A stretch of DNA of 64,000 bases from Hyalangium minutum (GTDB taxonomy: Bacteria; Myxococcota; Myxococcia; Myxococcales; Myxococcaceae), in contig NZ_JMCB01000003.1 of assembly GCF_000737315.1 (NCBI RefSeq), positions 992,001 through 1,056,000 on the forward strand, written 5' to 3'. The notes below the pieces were generated by a model. It was not told the DNA's origin, ran no database searches, and saw only the letters and a list, made by a program, of their open reading frames with translations. Below are positions 47,712-57,891 of this stretch, piece after piece. The position numbers were made by a program, and so were the translations under genes. Numbering within the stretch: the stretch's first letter is position 1; each line of letters begins with the position of its first letter.

Positions 47712-49175
47712 TCATGAGGATTGCGCGTAGTCGCTCAAGCGGAGCCGCCGGGTGCGCCGCCAGTAGTCGAACGTGAACCCGGGCCAGATAGCGGAGTTGT
47801 GGCCACTCGGCGTCTGGTACCAACTGCGGCAACCTCCGGACTGCCACACCGAGCGCCGCAGCTTGTGCTGCACCTCTTCGTAGAAGCCCGCCTGCACCTC
47901 GGACCGCACGTCGAGCCAGCGAAGGGAGCGCGCGCGCAGCTGCTGAATGGCCTGGAGCGCATAACGCGCCTGCGCTTCGAGCATGAAGACCATGGAGTTG
48001 TGGCCCAGTCCGGTGTTCGGCCCCATCATCAAAAAGAGGTTGGGGAACCCGCTCACGGTGATCCCCAGGTAAGTGCTCGGCGCGCCGCGCCAGACCTTGT
48101 TCAGCTCGCGCCCTTCCCGGCCGACGATCCGGATGCGCGCGAGGTAGCGCGTCACCTCGAAGCCCGTGCCGTACACGATGGCGTCCACCTCGCGCTCGAC
48201 GCCGTCCCGCGTGCGAACGCCCCGAGGACCGATGGACTCAATCCCCTCGCAGACCAGCTCCACGTTGGGCCGCTGCAGCGCCGGGTAGTAGTCGTCCGAC
48301 GTGAGCACGCGCTTGCAGCCCAGCCGGTAGTTCGGCGTGAGCAGGCCGCGCAGCTTCGGATCGGAGACGCTGGCGGCGAGGTGCCGGCGAGCGGCCCACT
48401 CGACGATCCGGCCCAGCCAGCTCTGGCGCAGGAAGAACGCCGCGTGCCACTCGAGGTTCCAGTAGATGGCCGCGCGGTAGAGCCACGCCACCCCGGGCAG
48501 GCGCGCGAAGAGCCGGCGCCGCGACTCGCTGAAGAACGTGTTGAGCCGGGGAAGGATCCACGGAGGCGTGCGCTGGAAGAGGTAGAGCTTTCGCGCCCGG
48601 GCCGCGAGCGACGGCACGAACTGGATGGCGCTCGCCCCGGTGCCAATCACCGCCACCACCTTGTCCGTGAGCTCCGCGTCGTGCCTCCAGCAGGCCGAGT
48701 GAAACGCCGTCCCCTGGAAGCTCTCGCGGCCCGGGATGGCCGGGTACGCAGGGAGGTGCAGCGCCCCATTGCCGAGCACCAGCGCCCGCGCCCGGATGCG
48801 CTGTCCGTCCTTCATGTGCACGGACCACGTGCCCCGGGCCTCATCGAACTCGGCGCCCGTCACCTCGGCGTGGAAGCGGATGTGCGGGAGGATCTCGTAC
48901 TTGCGCGCGCAGTGCCGCAGGTACTCGAGGATCTCGGCCTGCGGAGCATACACTTGGCTCCACGCAGGGTTCGGCTCGAACGAGAAGGAGTAGAGGTGGG
49001 CGGGGACGTCACAGGCCGCGCCGGGATAGGTGTTCTCCCGCCACGTGCCGCCGACCTCGCCCGCCTTCTCCAGGAGCAGGAACGAATCGATTCCCGCCCG
49101 CTTCAACTGAATCGCCATCCCCAGCCCGGAGAACCCGGTGCCGACGATGGCGACCTCGACTTCGGAATCCATCAT
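47712..49175 (-). CDS. Baeyer-Villiger-type flavin monooxygenase
   Basis: VGTGFSG, GGTWRENTYPG, FQGTAFHSACW (FxGxxxHxxxW), IGTGASAIQ, YGTGF. Confidence 0.92.
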   Translation of the reverse strand: MMDSEVEVAIVGTGFSGLGMAIQLKRAGIDSFLLLEKAGEVGGTWRENTYPGAACDVPAHLYSFSFEPNPAWSQVYAPQAEILEYLRHCARKYEILPHIRFHAEVTGAEFDEARGTWSVHMKDGQRIRARALVLGNGALHLPAYPAIPGRESFQGTAFHSACWRHDAELTDKVVAVIGTGASAIQFVPSLAARARKLYLFQRTPPWILPRLNTFFSESRRRLFARLPGVAWLYRAAIYWNLEWHAAFFLRQSWLGRIVEWAARRHLAASVSDPKLRGLLTPNYRLGCKRVLTSDDYYPALQRPNVELVCEGIESIGPRGVRTRDGVEREVDAIVYGTGFEVTRYLARIRIVGREGRELNKVWRGAPSTYLGITVSGFPNLFLMMGPNTGLGHNSMVFMLEAQARYALQAIQQLRARSLRWLDVRSEVQAGFYEEVQHKLRRSVWQSGGCRSWYQTPSGHNSAIWPGFTFDYWRRTRRLRLSDYAQSS

Positions 49176-49220
49176 CCTTCCAGACTATCCACGAAGCCCC
49201 GGAGGCTCGATGGACCCAAA

Positions 49221-49242
49221 GAGGCAGCCCCGAGGCTGCCTC
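49221..49242 (-). terminator. Probable intrinsic terminator of the 49261-51156 gene
   Basis: GAGGCAGCC-CCGA-GGCTGCCTC 9-bp stem followed by TTT on the minus strand. Confidence 0.55.
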
Positions 49243-49260
49243 CCGGCCAATCACCTGCCC

Positions 49261-51156
49261 TTACTGCGTGCAGCAGAGCAGCGCGTTGGGCTGGCCCGCG
49301 GGCGTGCGGCTCACGCCGGCCGCGTAGCGGCCCACACCGCACTCCCCCTTGAAGCCGGCGGAGTCCCAGTTACCCGAGTCGGTCGACTGGCGGTTGTCCG
49401 CGCTGCCGAAGGCCACCGTCTCGCAGGTCCGGCCCTGCGCCGACAGCGTCTGCGGGCAGCAGAGGATGTGGCTGAGCTTGCGGTCCAGAGACTGGGCCAC
49501 ACCGGCCACGTACTCGGCGGGGGCGCACTCGGCGCGCCTGTTGCCAGCGTCCCAGTCCTGGCTGGTCGTGGGCTGCAGGCCCTGCGACGCGCCCCGGTCA
49601 TCTCCGTTCTCCACGTTGCGCACGGTGCAGCGCGGCGCGTCCGGCGTGGTGGGCGGCGGGTTGGTCTCCGGAACCGGGTGCAGGTAGCGGCCGCTGTCGA
49701 GCGGGTCCTTGTAGCAGAGGCGCACGCGCGCATTGCCGGCGCCGGTGTTCAGCTTGGACAGGCCCATGATGCGCTCGCCCGGACCGCACACGCCCTTCCA
49801 GTAGCCATAGGCCCAGTCGTTGGACGAGGTGGTGCGCAGCGCGTCCTTGCCGTCAAAGAGCCCTTCGAGATCCCCAGCGCTGTTCGGCCCGCCGAAGTAG
49901 GTGCCCGGAATCCAGCAGGCCTCGGTGACGGTGCTGGTGCCAGAGACGCCCGACATGCTGCGGTACTTGTTCCAGCCGGCCGTCTTCACCCGGTACTTGT
50001 GGGTGTCCGGGTCCCACGCGCCGCGCAGGCCGAAGGCGTCCGACGTCCCGTCCCGGTAGGAAGCATAGATGGCCACGGGCGTCACGCCGGTGGCCACGAA
50101 CGCCTCACCCGCGGCGTTCATGCCCGCCGCCATCTGCTGGTACGGGGCGCTGTTCAACGGCAGGCTGTTGGTGAGCGTGCAGGCCTCGATGCCCACGCAG
50201 AGGTTCGTCGGAGAGATCTGGAAGCCGAACTCGGTGACGAACGCCTTCGTGTCCGAGGTGCCCGAGGCCAGGTTCGCCCGCTGGGTGGCGCCCTGGATGC
50301 CCGTCTTCACCGAGTTCTTCCAGAGGGTGAAGCACGTGGTGTTTCCGTTGTTGATGCAGTTGTAGTCCATCGTGCTGTCGTTCACCGGGTGCATGCCCAG
50401 GTAATCGAACGGGCGGATCTTCCCGGTGCCCACGATGAACGCCTGCGAGTTGAAGAAGCCGTTCCAGAACGGGTTGGTCGTGGTGGGCGGCGTGGGAGCT
50501 TGGTTGATGGTGAAGAGCGCGTCCTTGATGGCGCCGCTGACGATCAGCTCCGTGCGCGCGTTGGCCTGCTTCCACTCCCACACCCGGCGCTGCAGCCACG
50601 CGAAGGCGTTGGGGCCCACGCGGTAGCGGGTCTGGCCGTCCGCACAGGTGTTCTCGACCACGTTCGGATCGTTGCCAATCTCGAGCGCGTCCGCCTTGGC
50701 CGAGGTGTTGAAGATGGTGGCCGTCAGATCGTTCAGGTGGCTCACATAGGACGCAGCGAACGCGTCGATGGCGGCCTGATCCGCGTCATCGCCGCAGTAC
50801 TTCGCGGGGATGCGCACCAGCACCTGGATCTGCTTGGCGTGCGCCTTCTGGACGATGCGCTGGTAGGTGGCCGAGTCCGTGGTCGCCACGTCCGCGTCGA
50901 TGCGCAGCCACTTGGCGCCCACCTGGTTCATCTCACACATGAACTGCTCGGAGTGCGTGGCCAGCGCCTGGGTCACGCCCGTGTGGATGTTGCCGGTCCC
51001 CATGCCCAGGAGGACGCCGTTGAGCGCCTGCTCCTCCTGCATCAGCTCCTCCTCCTGCGCCGGACCCTCCTCCACCTGACCGCACGCCCCAAGAATGGAG
51101 GCAGCCATGAGCATGGCCCCCCAACAACTCCTCGCCTTGCTGTATTCGGTCTTCAC
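49261..51156 (-). CDS. Secreted lipoprotein with a glycoside-hydrolase-like barrel and three Cys-containing C-terminal repeats
   Basis: Lipobox (LGAC), KWLRID, ALEIGNDPN, DYLGMHP, AFVTEFG; repeats W-x4-5-(K/R)(G/A)xC-x3-4-(R/E)x-GLS/GVA/GVS. Confidence 0.6.
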   Translation of the reverse strand: MKTEYSKARSCWGAMLMAASILGACGQVEEGPAQEEELMQEEQALNGVLLGMGTGNIHTGVTQALATHSEQFMCEMNQVGAKWLRIDADVATTDSATYQRIVQKAHAKQIQVLVRIPAKYCGDDADQAAIDAFAASYVSHLNDLTATIFNTSAKADALEIGNDPNVVENTCADGQTRYRVGPNAFAWLQRRVWEWKQANARTELIVSGAIKDALFTINQAPTPPTTTNPFWNGFFNSQAFIVGTGKIRPFDYLGMHPVNDSTMDYNCINNGNTTCFTLWKNSVKTGIQGATQRANLASGTSDTKAFVTEFGFQISPTNLCVGIEACTLTNSLPLNSAPYQQMAAGMNAAGEAFVATGVTPVAIYASYRDGTSDAFGLRGAWDPDTHKYRVKTAGWNKYRSMSGVSGTSTVTEACWIPGTYFGGPNSAGDLEGLFDGKDALRTTSSNDWAYGYWKGVCGPGERIMGLSKLNTGAGNARVRLCYKDPLDSGRYLHPVPETNPPPTTPDAPRCTVRNVENGDDRGASQGLQPTTSQDWDAGNRRAECAPAEYVAGVAQSLDRKLSHILCCPQTLSAQGRTCETVAFGSADNRQSTDSGNWDSAGFKGECGVGRYAAGVSRTPAGQPNALLCCTQ

Positions 51157-51409
51157 TCTGCACTCCTATGGCTCCCACCAGGAGCCTCTGACGGGGATGG
51201 GCACCGCCGACACACGGGGGGTGACAAGCCGCTGCCCTGACTGCGCGTGCCTCCGCTCTGGCCGTGGTTCCCCTTGGGAAAGGAAGACGACTGATGCGGC
51301 CCGGCACAGCAACGCTATGATAATTCAGTGCGACGAAACATCACAAGCCAAATTCGGGGATTTCCTGTAACTCCTCTCATATTGAGAGCTTGTGGCGTGT
51401 GGGAGACAG

Positions 51410-51904
51410 TCACCGAGGGAGACGGATCCGCCGGGACTGCACGGCCTCGGCGCCCCCGAGCGAGGTGAGCACCCGTGCCAGGAGCGTGCGCGCATCCTGC
51501 ACGGCGCGCTTGCCGAGGCTCGCTTCGAAGCGCTGCTGCAGCTCGGCGCGCAGCGTCCGCCCCGTGTCCACAAGGGTATGGCCCCGAGCGGAGAGCTGCA
51601 CCCGCCGCACCCGCGCATCCGCCGAGGAGACCGGCTCGAGCAGGCCCAGCTGGGTGAGCTCGGCCACCGTCTTGGACGCGGCCTGCTGCGTCACCTCCAG
51701 CAGCGCGGCCAGCTCGCTGATGGAGCGCGGGCCGCCCAGCAGGTGCTGGACGACGTAGCCGTGGGAGTGGCGCACACCCGTGAAGCCGGCCGCGTGGATC
51801 CCCTCCAGCACCTGCTCGTTCACCCGCATGCCCACGAAGAGGGCCAGGTACCCCAGATCCAGCTCCTCGAGCTTCACCTCCGGGCTCTCTGTCTCATGTG
51901 CCAT
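51410..51904 (-). CDS. MarR-family transcriptional regulator
   Basis: SISELAALLEVTQQAASKTVAELTQLGLL, DARVRRVQLSARG. Confidence 0.88.
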   Translation of the reverse strand: MAHETESPEVKLEELDLGYLALFVGMRVNEQVLEGIHAAGFTGVRHSHGYVVQHLLGGPRSISELAALLEVTQQAASKTVAELTQLGLLEPVSSADARVRRVQLSARGHTLVDTGRTLRAELQQRFEASLGKRAVQDARTLLARVLTSLGGAEAVQSRRIRLPR

Positions 51905-51974
51905 GGCCCGAAGGTCTTGCATACACAACCTAGGTTGTGCAACCTTGGTTGTGTATCAAGCCCAGGAGAGCACC

Positions 51975-52373
51975 ATGTCCACACCGAACCTCGACATCGC
52001 CCGCCGTTTCGTCCAAGCCGTTGAGCGGGGCGCCACCGCGGAGGCGCTGCGCCCGTTCTTTGACCCGGCCTTGTCCCATCACGAGTACCCCAACCGGCTC
52101 TTCCCGAAGGGCGTGAAGCGGGACGTGCAGGCCATGCTGGAGTCCTCGGAGAAGGGCCAGAAGGTCCTCTCCTCCCAGCGCTACGAGATCCGCGGTGCGG
52201 TGGCCTCCGGCGACGAGGTGGCGCTGGAGATCGACTGGACGGGAACGCTCTCGGTGCCCCTGGGGACGCTGAAGCCGGGGGACACGCTGCACGCCATGAT
52301 TGGCCAGTTCTTCACGTTCCGGGACGGCCGCATCGTCTCCCTGCGCAACTACGACTGCTACGATCCCTTCTAA
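51975..52373 (+). CDS. SnoaL/NTF2-like protein
   Basis: 131 aa, divergent from MarR; C-terminal FTFRDGRIVSLRNYDCY. Confidence 0.82.
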   Translation: MSTPNLDIARRFVQAVERGATAEALRPFFDPALSHHEYPNRLFPKGVKRDVQAMLESSEKGQKVLSSQRYEIRGAVASGDEVALEIDWTGTLSVPLGTLKPGDTLHAMIGQFFTFRDGRIVSLRNYDCYDPF

Positions 52374-52470
52374 GCTCCGAAGCCTCGGGCCCCTGCCCTC
52401 CAGGGCGACGGACCGTCGACCAGATTACAACCTGCCCAGAAAGTTCCACCTGTGGCGCGTGCTCCCTCCT

Positions 52471-52476
52471 TATAAT
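52471..52476 (+). promoter_or_regulatory. Consensus -10 hexamer upstream of the histidine kinase gene
   Basis: TATAAT about 100 bp upstream of ATG 52576 in otherwise GC-rich DNA. Confidence 0.4.
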
Positions 52477-52575
52477 CGCGTGTGACGGAGGGGGGGCCGT
52501 ACAGGTTGTCGCAGTGCCGAGGACAACCGCCTCCGGGAGTTGCTGTAACCCTTCACCCTACCCGGGAGCGGAGCG

Positions 52576-53883
52576 ATGACGCTCACGTCAGAGCAAGCAC
52601 TGCTCGCACACCAACACCTCCTGAAGGCGATGACGGAGGTCCAGACGGCCTTCGCCCAAGGCCATCCGGCGCCGAGGCTGTTCGATCTGCTGCTCGGAGC
52701 CGCGCTGGAGCTGACCGGCAGCGAGCACGGTTTCGTGGGCAAGGTGGTGTCCACCCCTGGAGGCCCTCCCACCCTGACGGTCCACGAGCTCCAGAACAAG
52801 GAGGGCCTGACGTTCAGCGACCTCCAGAGCCTCTGCACCGACGTGCTCACGAGTGGCCTGCCGGTGGTGTTCCCCCTCCCGGACCTGGAGCCGCTCCACG
52901 GTACGGCACCCGAGCGGCCCGAGCCCCTGCGGAGCTTCCTGGGCTTGCCGCTGCACTCGAGCGAGGGGCTGGTGGGCCTCATGGTCCTGGCCAACAGACC
53001 GGGGGGCTATGACGACTCGCACCTGGCCCTCCTGCAGCCGCTCCAGGCCACCTGCTGCGCGGTGCTGCTGGGCTTGCGCCAGGAGCAGCGCCAGCGCGAG
53101 ACCGAGGACGAGCTGCGGCAGGCCCAGGAGCGGCTGCTGGCCACCGAGCGCATGGCCTCGCTGGGAACGCTGACGGCGGGCGTGGCGCACGAGATCAACA
53201 ACCCCCTGGCGTACATGCTCAGCAACCTGAACTACGTGAGCGAGGAGCTGCACAGCATGGTCAAGTCGGGCGAGCGCCTCACGGGCGCGCGCGCGCAGGA
53301 CGTCCTGGAGGCGCTGGGCGAGACGCTCTCGGGGAGCATGCGGGTGCGGGACATCGTGAAGGACTTGAGGCTGTTCTCCCGGGCGCCCCGCGAGCAGCAG
53401 GGGCCGATGGATCTGCACGCCCTGCTCGACTCATGCGTGAACATCGTGTGGGGCGAGCTCAAGCACAAGGGGCGGCTGGTGAAGGACTACGGCGATGTGC
53501 CACCCCTGAATGGCAACGAGTCCCGGCTGGCGCAGGTGTTCCTCAACCTCATCGTCAACGCGGTGCAGGCACTGCCTCCGCGAGCGTGCGAGGCCTCCAA
53601 GATCCGGATCTCCACGCGGCACGAGGATGGGCTGGTGATGGTGGCCATTCACGACACGGGCACGGGGATCAGAGAAGAGCACCTGGGCCGGCTGTTCGAG
53701 CCGTTCTTCACCACCAAGCCCGCGGGCGAGGGCACGGGGCTGGGGCTCTCCATCTGCCAGAGCATCATCAAGGCCATGGGGGGCCGCATCTCGGTGGAGA
53801 GCCAGGTGGGCCAGGGCAGCACCTTCCGCGTCTTCCTGCCGGTGGGCACCGGCACGCTCATGCTCTACGGAAGCGCCGCATAG
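52576..53883 (+). CDS. GAF-sensor histidine kinase (NtrB-type)
   Basis: GAF (SFLGLPL), GVAHEINNPL, QVFLNLIVNA, DTGTG, FFTTK, GTGLGL. Confidence 0.92.
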   Translation: MTLTSEQALLAHQHLLKAMTEVQTAFAQGHPAPRLFDLLLGAALELTGSEHGFVGKVVSTPGGPPTLTVHELQNKEGLTFSDLQSLCTDVLTSGLPVVFPLPDLEPLHGTAPERPEPLRSFLGLPLHSSEGLVGLMVLANRPGGYDDSHLALLQPLQATCCAVLLGLRQEQRQRETEDELRQAQERLLATERMASLGTLTAGVAHEINNPLAYMLSNLNYVSEELHSMVKSGERLTGARAQDVLEALGETLSGSMRVRDIVKDLRLFSRAPREQQGPMDLHALLDSCVNIVWGELKHKGRLVKDYGDVPPLNGNESRLAQVFLNLIVNAVQALPPRACEASKIRISTRHEDGLVMVAIHDTGTGIREEHLGRLFEPFFTTKPAGEGTGLGLSICQSIIKAMGGRISVESQVGQGSTFRVFLPVGTGTLMLYGSAA

Positions 53884-55376
53884 TCGAGTTCGGCGCCCTG
53901 CGCGCCTGGGATGATCTTCACCTCGCGCTCCCGCATATGATCGACGAGGGCCGGGAAGAGGTCCAGCACGTTGTCCGAGCGCACCACGGACGGCAGCTCG
54001 CGCTCCTCGGAGAGCAGCGCGCCCGTGCTGCCCAGGCGATCCATGGCGCCATGACTGCCCGCCGTACCGATCTCGTTCGCGCTGCCGACCGGGGCTTGGT
54101 AGCCCACGGACATGAAGGGATGGCGGTAGGACACGAGGATGTCCGCCGGGAACTCCACACTGATGGGCTCGAAGGCCGTGCGCGCCCGGAAGAAGAAGTC
54201 CGGGTAGGTGCGCTCGACGCTGAGCGCGAACAGGGCCTCATCCGTGAAGACGCCGTGGTCCGCACCAGGCGGCAGGAAGATGGGCAGATCGAGCGCCTCC
54301 CAGTTCCCGTCGCTCGGCAGCCAGTAGGAGTCCGTTCCGGCCTCGTAGGCGAAGCTGGCCAGGAGGGCGCCCTCGCGCCAGACGCCCACCCACTGGAGGC
54401 CCTCCGGATAGCCCTCGCGAGGCTCTCCGCGCGAGAAGACGAGATCCGCCGCCGCGCACGTGGAGGCCAGACGCGCCACCTCGGAGATCCGCTCCGGGCG
54501 GGCATGGAGCGCCACGTAGGTGACGCGGGTGTGAAGGATGGCCACCGTCGCGGGCCCGTCCACCTTGTCCGCCTCCTTGAAGGACTCCACCGTGGCCACG
54601 CCCGCGTCATGGAGCTGGTCTCGGAAGTCGACCACCTTGTCCGGCGGCTTGGCGACGCCATCGATGCCGTGATCTCCAAAGAGGGTGAAGATAAAGGTGC
54701 GCTCGGGGTGCTCGCGCTTGAAGCGCTCGATGCGGTCGCTCAGGGAGACGAGCGCGTTGACCACGTCCTCCTGGGAGCGCAGGTGGCCCACCACATCCGT
54801 CTCCAGCACGTAGGCGCTGAAGGTGTCCTGCACCTGGCTGCGGCCCTCGAGCGCGACGAAGAGGTTGTCGAGCCCTCGGTAGTATCCATAGAAGGGCCGG
54901 TCGTAGCTCCAGAGCGCGTCGAGGTAGGCGCTCGCGTGGTAGTCGAACGCCTTGTAGTAGGCGGGCGTCTGGGCGTACGCGGGCAGCGTGAAGGGCAGCT
55001 CTTCCAGCGGCGGCACGAGGTGCACGAGCAGCCCGCCAATGGCCTTGTTGTAGACCTTGTCCTTCACCGGATCGAAGTGGCCGAACTCGAAGCCCGCGAA
55101 GCGCTGGGTGTGAAGGATGCGCGTCCAGCTCGCATCACTGGTGGCGGGGAACATGGGGATGAGGCGCGCGAGGTTCGCAGCCGGGAAAGCCCCCTGCTCT
55201 CTCGCCTGGGTGACCGTGGCGTGCGAGAGCCCATCCAGCCCCAGGTACACGCGCACCACGGGGTTGAGGGAGGCGTCGCCCTTGGCGGGGACGCTGTTCA
55301 TCATCGCGTAGTGCTCCCAGTCGCATGCGGGCGCGGCGAGCCCCAGCAAGAGGAGCGCGAGCACGAGGCGTCTCAC
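53865..55376 (-). CDS. Alkaline-phosphatase-superfamily (phosphodiesterase-like) lipoprotein
   Basis: Lipobox (AAPAC), LGLDGL, FPATSD, ETDVVGH, FGDHG, GSHG; GTG start overlaps the upstream stop. Confidence 0.72.
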   Translation of the reverse strand: MRRLVLALLLLGLAAPACDWEHYAMMNSVPAKGDASLNPVVRVYLGLDGLSHATVTQAREQGAFPAANLARLIPMFPATSDASWTRILHTQRFAGFEFGHFDPVKDKVYNKAIGGLLVHLVPPLEELPFTLPAYAQTPAYYKAFDYHASAYLDALWSYDRPFYGYYRGLDNLFVALEGRSQVQDTFSAYVLETDVVGHLRSQEDVVNALVSLSDRIERFKREHPERTFIFTLFGDHGIDGVAKPPDKVVDFRDQLHDAGVATVESFKEADKVDGPATVAILHTRVTYVALHARPERISEVARLASTCAAADLVFSRGEPREGYPEGLQWVGVWREGALLASFAYEAGTDSYWLPSDGNWEALDLPIFLPPGADHGVFTDEALFALSVERTYPDFFFRARTAFEPISVEFPADILVSYRHPFMSVGYQAPVGSANEIGTAGSHGAMDRLGSTGALLSEERELPSVVRSDNVLDLFPALVDHMREREVKIIPGAQGAELDYAALP

Positions 55377-56212
55377 AGGTAGGCCCCCAGCGAGAACAGC
55401 GGGCTGGCCTGACGGCCCTCCCGCATGAAGCGGTAGAAGTAACCGATCTGGGCCTCGAACCAACTGCGCCGGTAGCAGTAGGAGGCCCCGAGCACGTTGA
55501 AGTCATGAATCCAGAAGCCCACCTCGCCGATATGTGCGCGGAACGTGTGGCGCTGGAAGGCCATGAACTCGGCGACCAGGGTGGCGCCGGGCACCACGCG
55601 CTTGCGGTAGGGCCCATCGTCGAAGATGCCCATCAGCGTGGCGGTGCCGTGCAGATACAACCAGGGGAAGGCCTCGTACGAGGCCGTGACGCCCACCGGC
55701 ACCACCGTGAGCAGGATGTCGCGGGTGTCCAGGCGGGAAATGTAGTTGCTCGAGGTGAAGGCCTCGCTGGAGCCGGGCAGGAAGACGACGAACTCGGCGT
55801 GGGCGGCCACCGCGAGCTTCTCTTGCTCCAGCAGCCGCACCTTTGCGTGGATGTTGGGCGTGCGGAAGATGAAGGACAGCGGATGCGTGCCCAGCTGTCC
55901 GAAGCCGAGGATGCCGAACTCCGCGTTGCTGGTGCCCAGGAACATGCCACCGTGGGGCAGCACGTGGGCGGTGTTCTCCCAGAGCGGATAGAGCGAAGTC
56001 AGCGGGGAGAGAGGCTTCTCGGGCTCCTGGGGCTTCTCGGGCTCCTGGAGCTTCTCAGGGGCCTGAGGCGTCTCGGGCGTGGAGGCCGCAGCCTCTGGTG
56101 GAGCCGCGGGCGAGGCGTCAGCGGCTGAGGTGACGGGCTCGGAAGCGGGAGCACTCGTGGCGAGGAGCAGGCCGAGCAGGAAACAGAGAGGGGTACTGAG
56201 GAACAAGCGCAT
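55373..56212 (-). CDS. Secreted outer-membrane beta-barrel-like protein
   Basis: Signal peptide, PEKPQE repeats, amphipathic strands, C-terminal FSLGAYL. Confidence 0.55.
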   Translation of the reverse strand: MRLFLSTPLCFLLGLLLATSAPASEPVTSAADASPAAPPEAAASTPETPQAPEKLQEPEKPQEPEKPLSPLTSLYPLWENTAHVLPHGGMFLGTSNAEFGILGFGQLGTHPLSFIFRTPNIHAKVRLLEQEKLAVAAHAEFVVFLPGSSEAFTSSNYISRLDTRDILLTVVPVGVTASYEAFPWLYLHGTATLMGIFDDGPYRKRVVPGATLVAEFMAFQRHTFRAHIGEVGFWIHDFNVLGASYCYRRSWFEAQIGYFYRFMREGRQASPLFSLGAYL

Positions 56213-56259
56213 CACGGCGGCGCATCCAAGCGTGAGCCCCTCGGGATGGCAATGGTTGG

Positions 56260-56595
56260 GTGCTGGGCGAGCCATTGGCTAGTGTCTGCCTCGTGGCCAC
56301 ACCTTCCCCGAAGACGTGCGTCGCATGCGGGCGACATATCGCCCCGAGCGAGCTGTATTACCGCTTCACCCTCGTGCTCCAGGGCGAGCAGGACGTGCTG
56401 GAGCCCTCGGGGAGCAGCGGCACGGGCGAGGAGCTCGCCTCGCTCATGCGGAAGCTCGAGGAGGGGCCGGAGGATCCCCGCGAGTGGGAAGAGCAGGTGC
56501 ACTGGGAGCGCACGGGCGTCATCTGCGCCGCGTGCCGAGCGGTGGTGATGCGCACACTCGCCCCACCCTCCTCGGGTGAGACAGACCCCCACTGA
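56260..56595 (+). CDS. Small protein with two CxxC pairs
   Basis: CVAC ... CAAC; start uncertain. Confidence 0.5.
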   Translation: MLGEPLASVCLVATPSPKTCVACGRHIAPSELYYRFTLVLQGEQDVLEPSGSSGTGEELASLMRKLEEGPEDPREWEEQVHWERTGVICAACRAVVMRTLAPPSSGETDPH

Positions 56596-56632
56596 GGCAT
56601 CCCACCGGCTGCTGGGTGTAGGCTGTGCCTGC

Positions 56633-56896
56633 ATGAAGCGACTCCTGCTGCCCGCCCTGCTCCTGCTCTCCTCCCCGGCCTGGGCGGATATCCCGCCCTC
56701 TGACGACTGGCCTCCGCCCGCCGAGGATCCGAAGCCCGCCGAGGCCCCAAAGCCCTCTGCGGCACCGAGCCCCCAGCACGAGACCGCCTCTGAAGTGAAG
56801 GGCCGGACGGGCTGCATGGCGGCCGCGAGCCTCTCTCTGACCCTGGCCGCGCTCGCGGCGGGTTGGCTCCTTCGCGACAAGCGCCGGATCGCATGA
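56633..56896 (+). CDS. Small secreted protein with a MYXO-CTERM-like anchor
   Basis: Signal peptide (AWA-D), Pro/Ala linker, GC + hydrophobic helix + RDKRR. Confidence 0.55.
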   Translation: MKRLLLPALLLLSSPAWADIPPSDDWPPPAEDPKPAEAPKPSAAPSPQHETASEVKGRTGCMAAASLSLTLAALAAGWLLRDKRRIA

Positions 56897-57891
56897 GCGC
56901 GGTGGAGTCCCTGCTCGCGCCCGCGGACGCGGTGCGTGCGAAGGTGTACCGGCTCCTGGCACCGTGGGCGGGGCCGCTCTTCGCGGATCGGTCCCGCCGG
57001 GTGGCGTGGTTCGGTGCGGCGCAGGTGGTGTTCGCCTTCTTGCTCACGCTCGCCGCGCCGCTGTGGATGCTGGCGCTGGGACCGGTCCTGCTGGGCGTGC
57101 CGCATCTCGTCTCGGATGCGCGGTACCTCGTCGTGCGCCCGGGGCTGCACCGCCGGACCCTCCTCGTGGTGCTCTGCGGCGCGCCGCTGCTGGCGACCTG
57201 CTTCGGGGCTGGGCCGGTGATGGGGTTGCTCGCGCTGCTCCCCGCCATCCTGTGGGCGCGGGGGCCCTGGCAGCGCAAGGGGCTGATGCTGGGAGTCTGG
57301 GCGACGCTCACCAGCCTCGCCTGGGACTTCGGAGCCACCTTCCAACTGGTCTTCGCGCACCTGCACAACGGGGTCGCCGTGGCGCTGTGGTGGTGGGCCT
57401 GGAAGGAGCGGCACGCGCGAGCGTGGGCTGTGCCGCTGCTGGCCGTGGCCGGAACGGTGCTCCTGATGCTCGGGGCCGCCGAGCCCGTGCTGACCGCATT
57501 GGGTGGCTGGAATGCGCCGTGGACAGGTTCTTCCTTCGCGCAGCACGCGGAGGCGCTGGCGCCCAATGCGCCTCCGGTGCTGGCGTTGCGGCTGGTGCTG
57601 GCCTTCGCGTTCCTGCAATCCGTGCACTATGGCGTGTGGCTGCGGCTGATTCCGGAGGATGACCGTCCGCGCGCGGCACCGAGGCCCTGGCGAGCCACCT
57701 GGCGCGCCCTGGTGGAGGACTTCGGCGTGGTGCCACTGACGCTCTTCGTGGCGCTCGCGTTGGGGATCGCGGTGTGGGGCGTAGTGGATCTCACACAGGC
57801 GCGGCTGGGGTACCTGCGGCTCGCGGTGTTCCACGGCTACCTGGAGCTTGCCGTGGGGACGCTCTGGCTCATCGAGGGCCGGCGCGCGTGA
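56893..57891 (+). CDS. Polytopic His-motif membrane protein (Brp/Blh-like)
   Basis: LGVPHLVSD, AHLHN, QSVHY, FHGY among transmembrane helices; ATGA coupling. Confidence 0.55.
   Translation: MSAVESLLAPADAVRAKVYRLLAPWAGPLFADRSRRVAWFGAAQVVFAFLLTLAAPLWMLALGPVLLGVPHLVSDARYLVVRPGLHRRTLLVVLCGAPLLATCFGAGPVMGLLALLPAILWARGPWQRKGLMLGVWATLTSLAWDFGATFQLVFAHLHNGVAVALWWWAWKERHARAWAVPLLAVAGTVLLMLGAAEPVLTALGGWNAPWTGSSFAQHAEALAPNAPPVLALRLVLAFAFLQSVHYGVWLRLIPEDDRPRAAPRPWRATWRALVEDFGVVPLTLFVALALGIAVWGVVDLTQARLGYLRLAVFHGYLELAVGTLWLIEGRRA

Noticed and set aside
56005-56060. Short 18-bp tandem repeat
   Set aside because: Encodes the PEKPQE linker of the barrel protein; ordinary low-complexity coding sequence.
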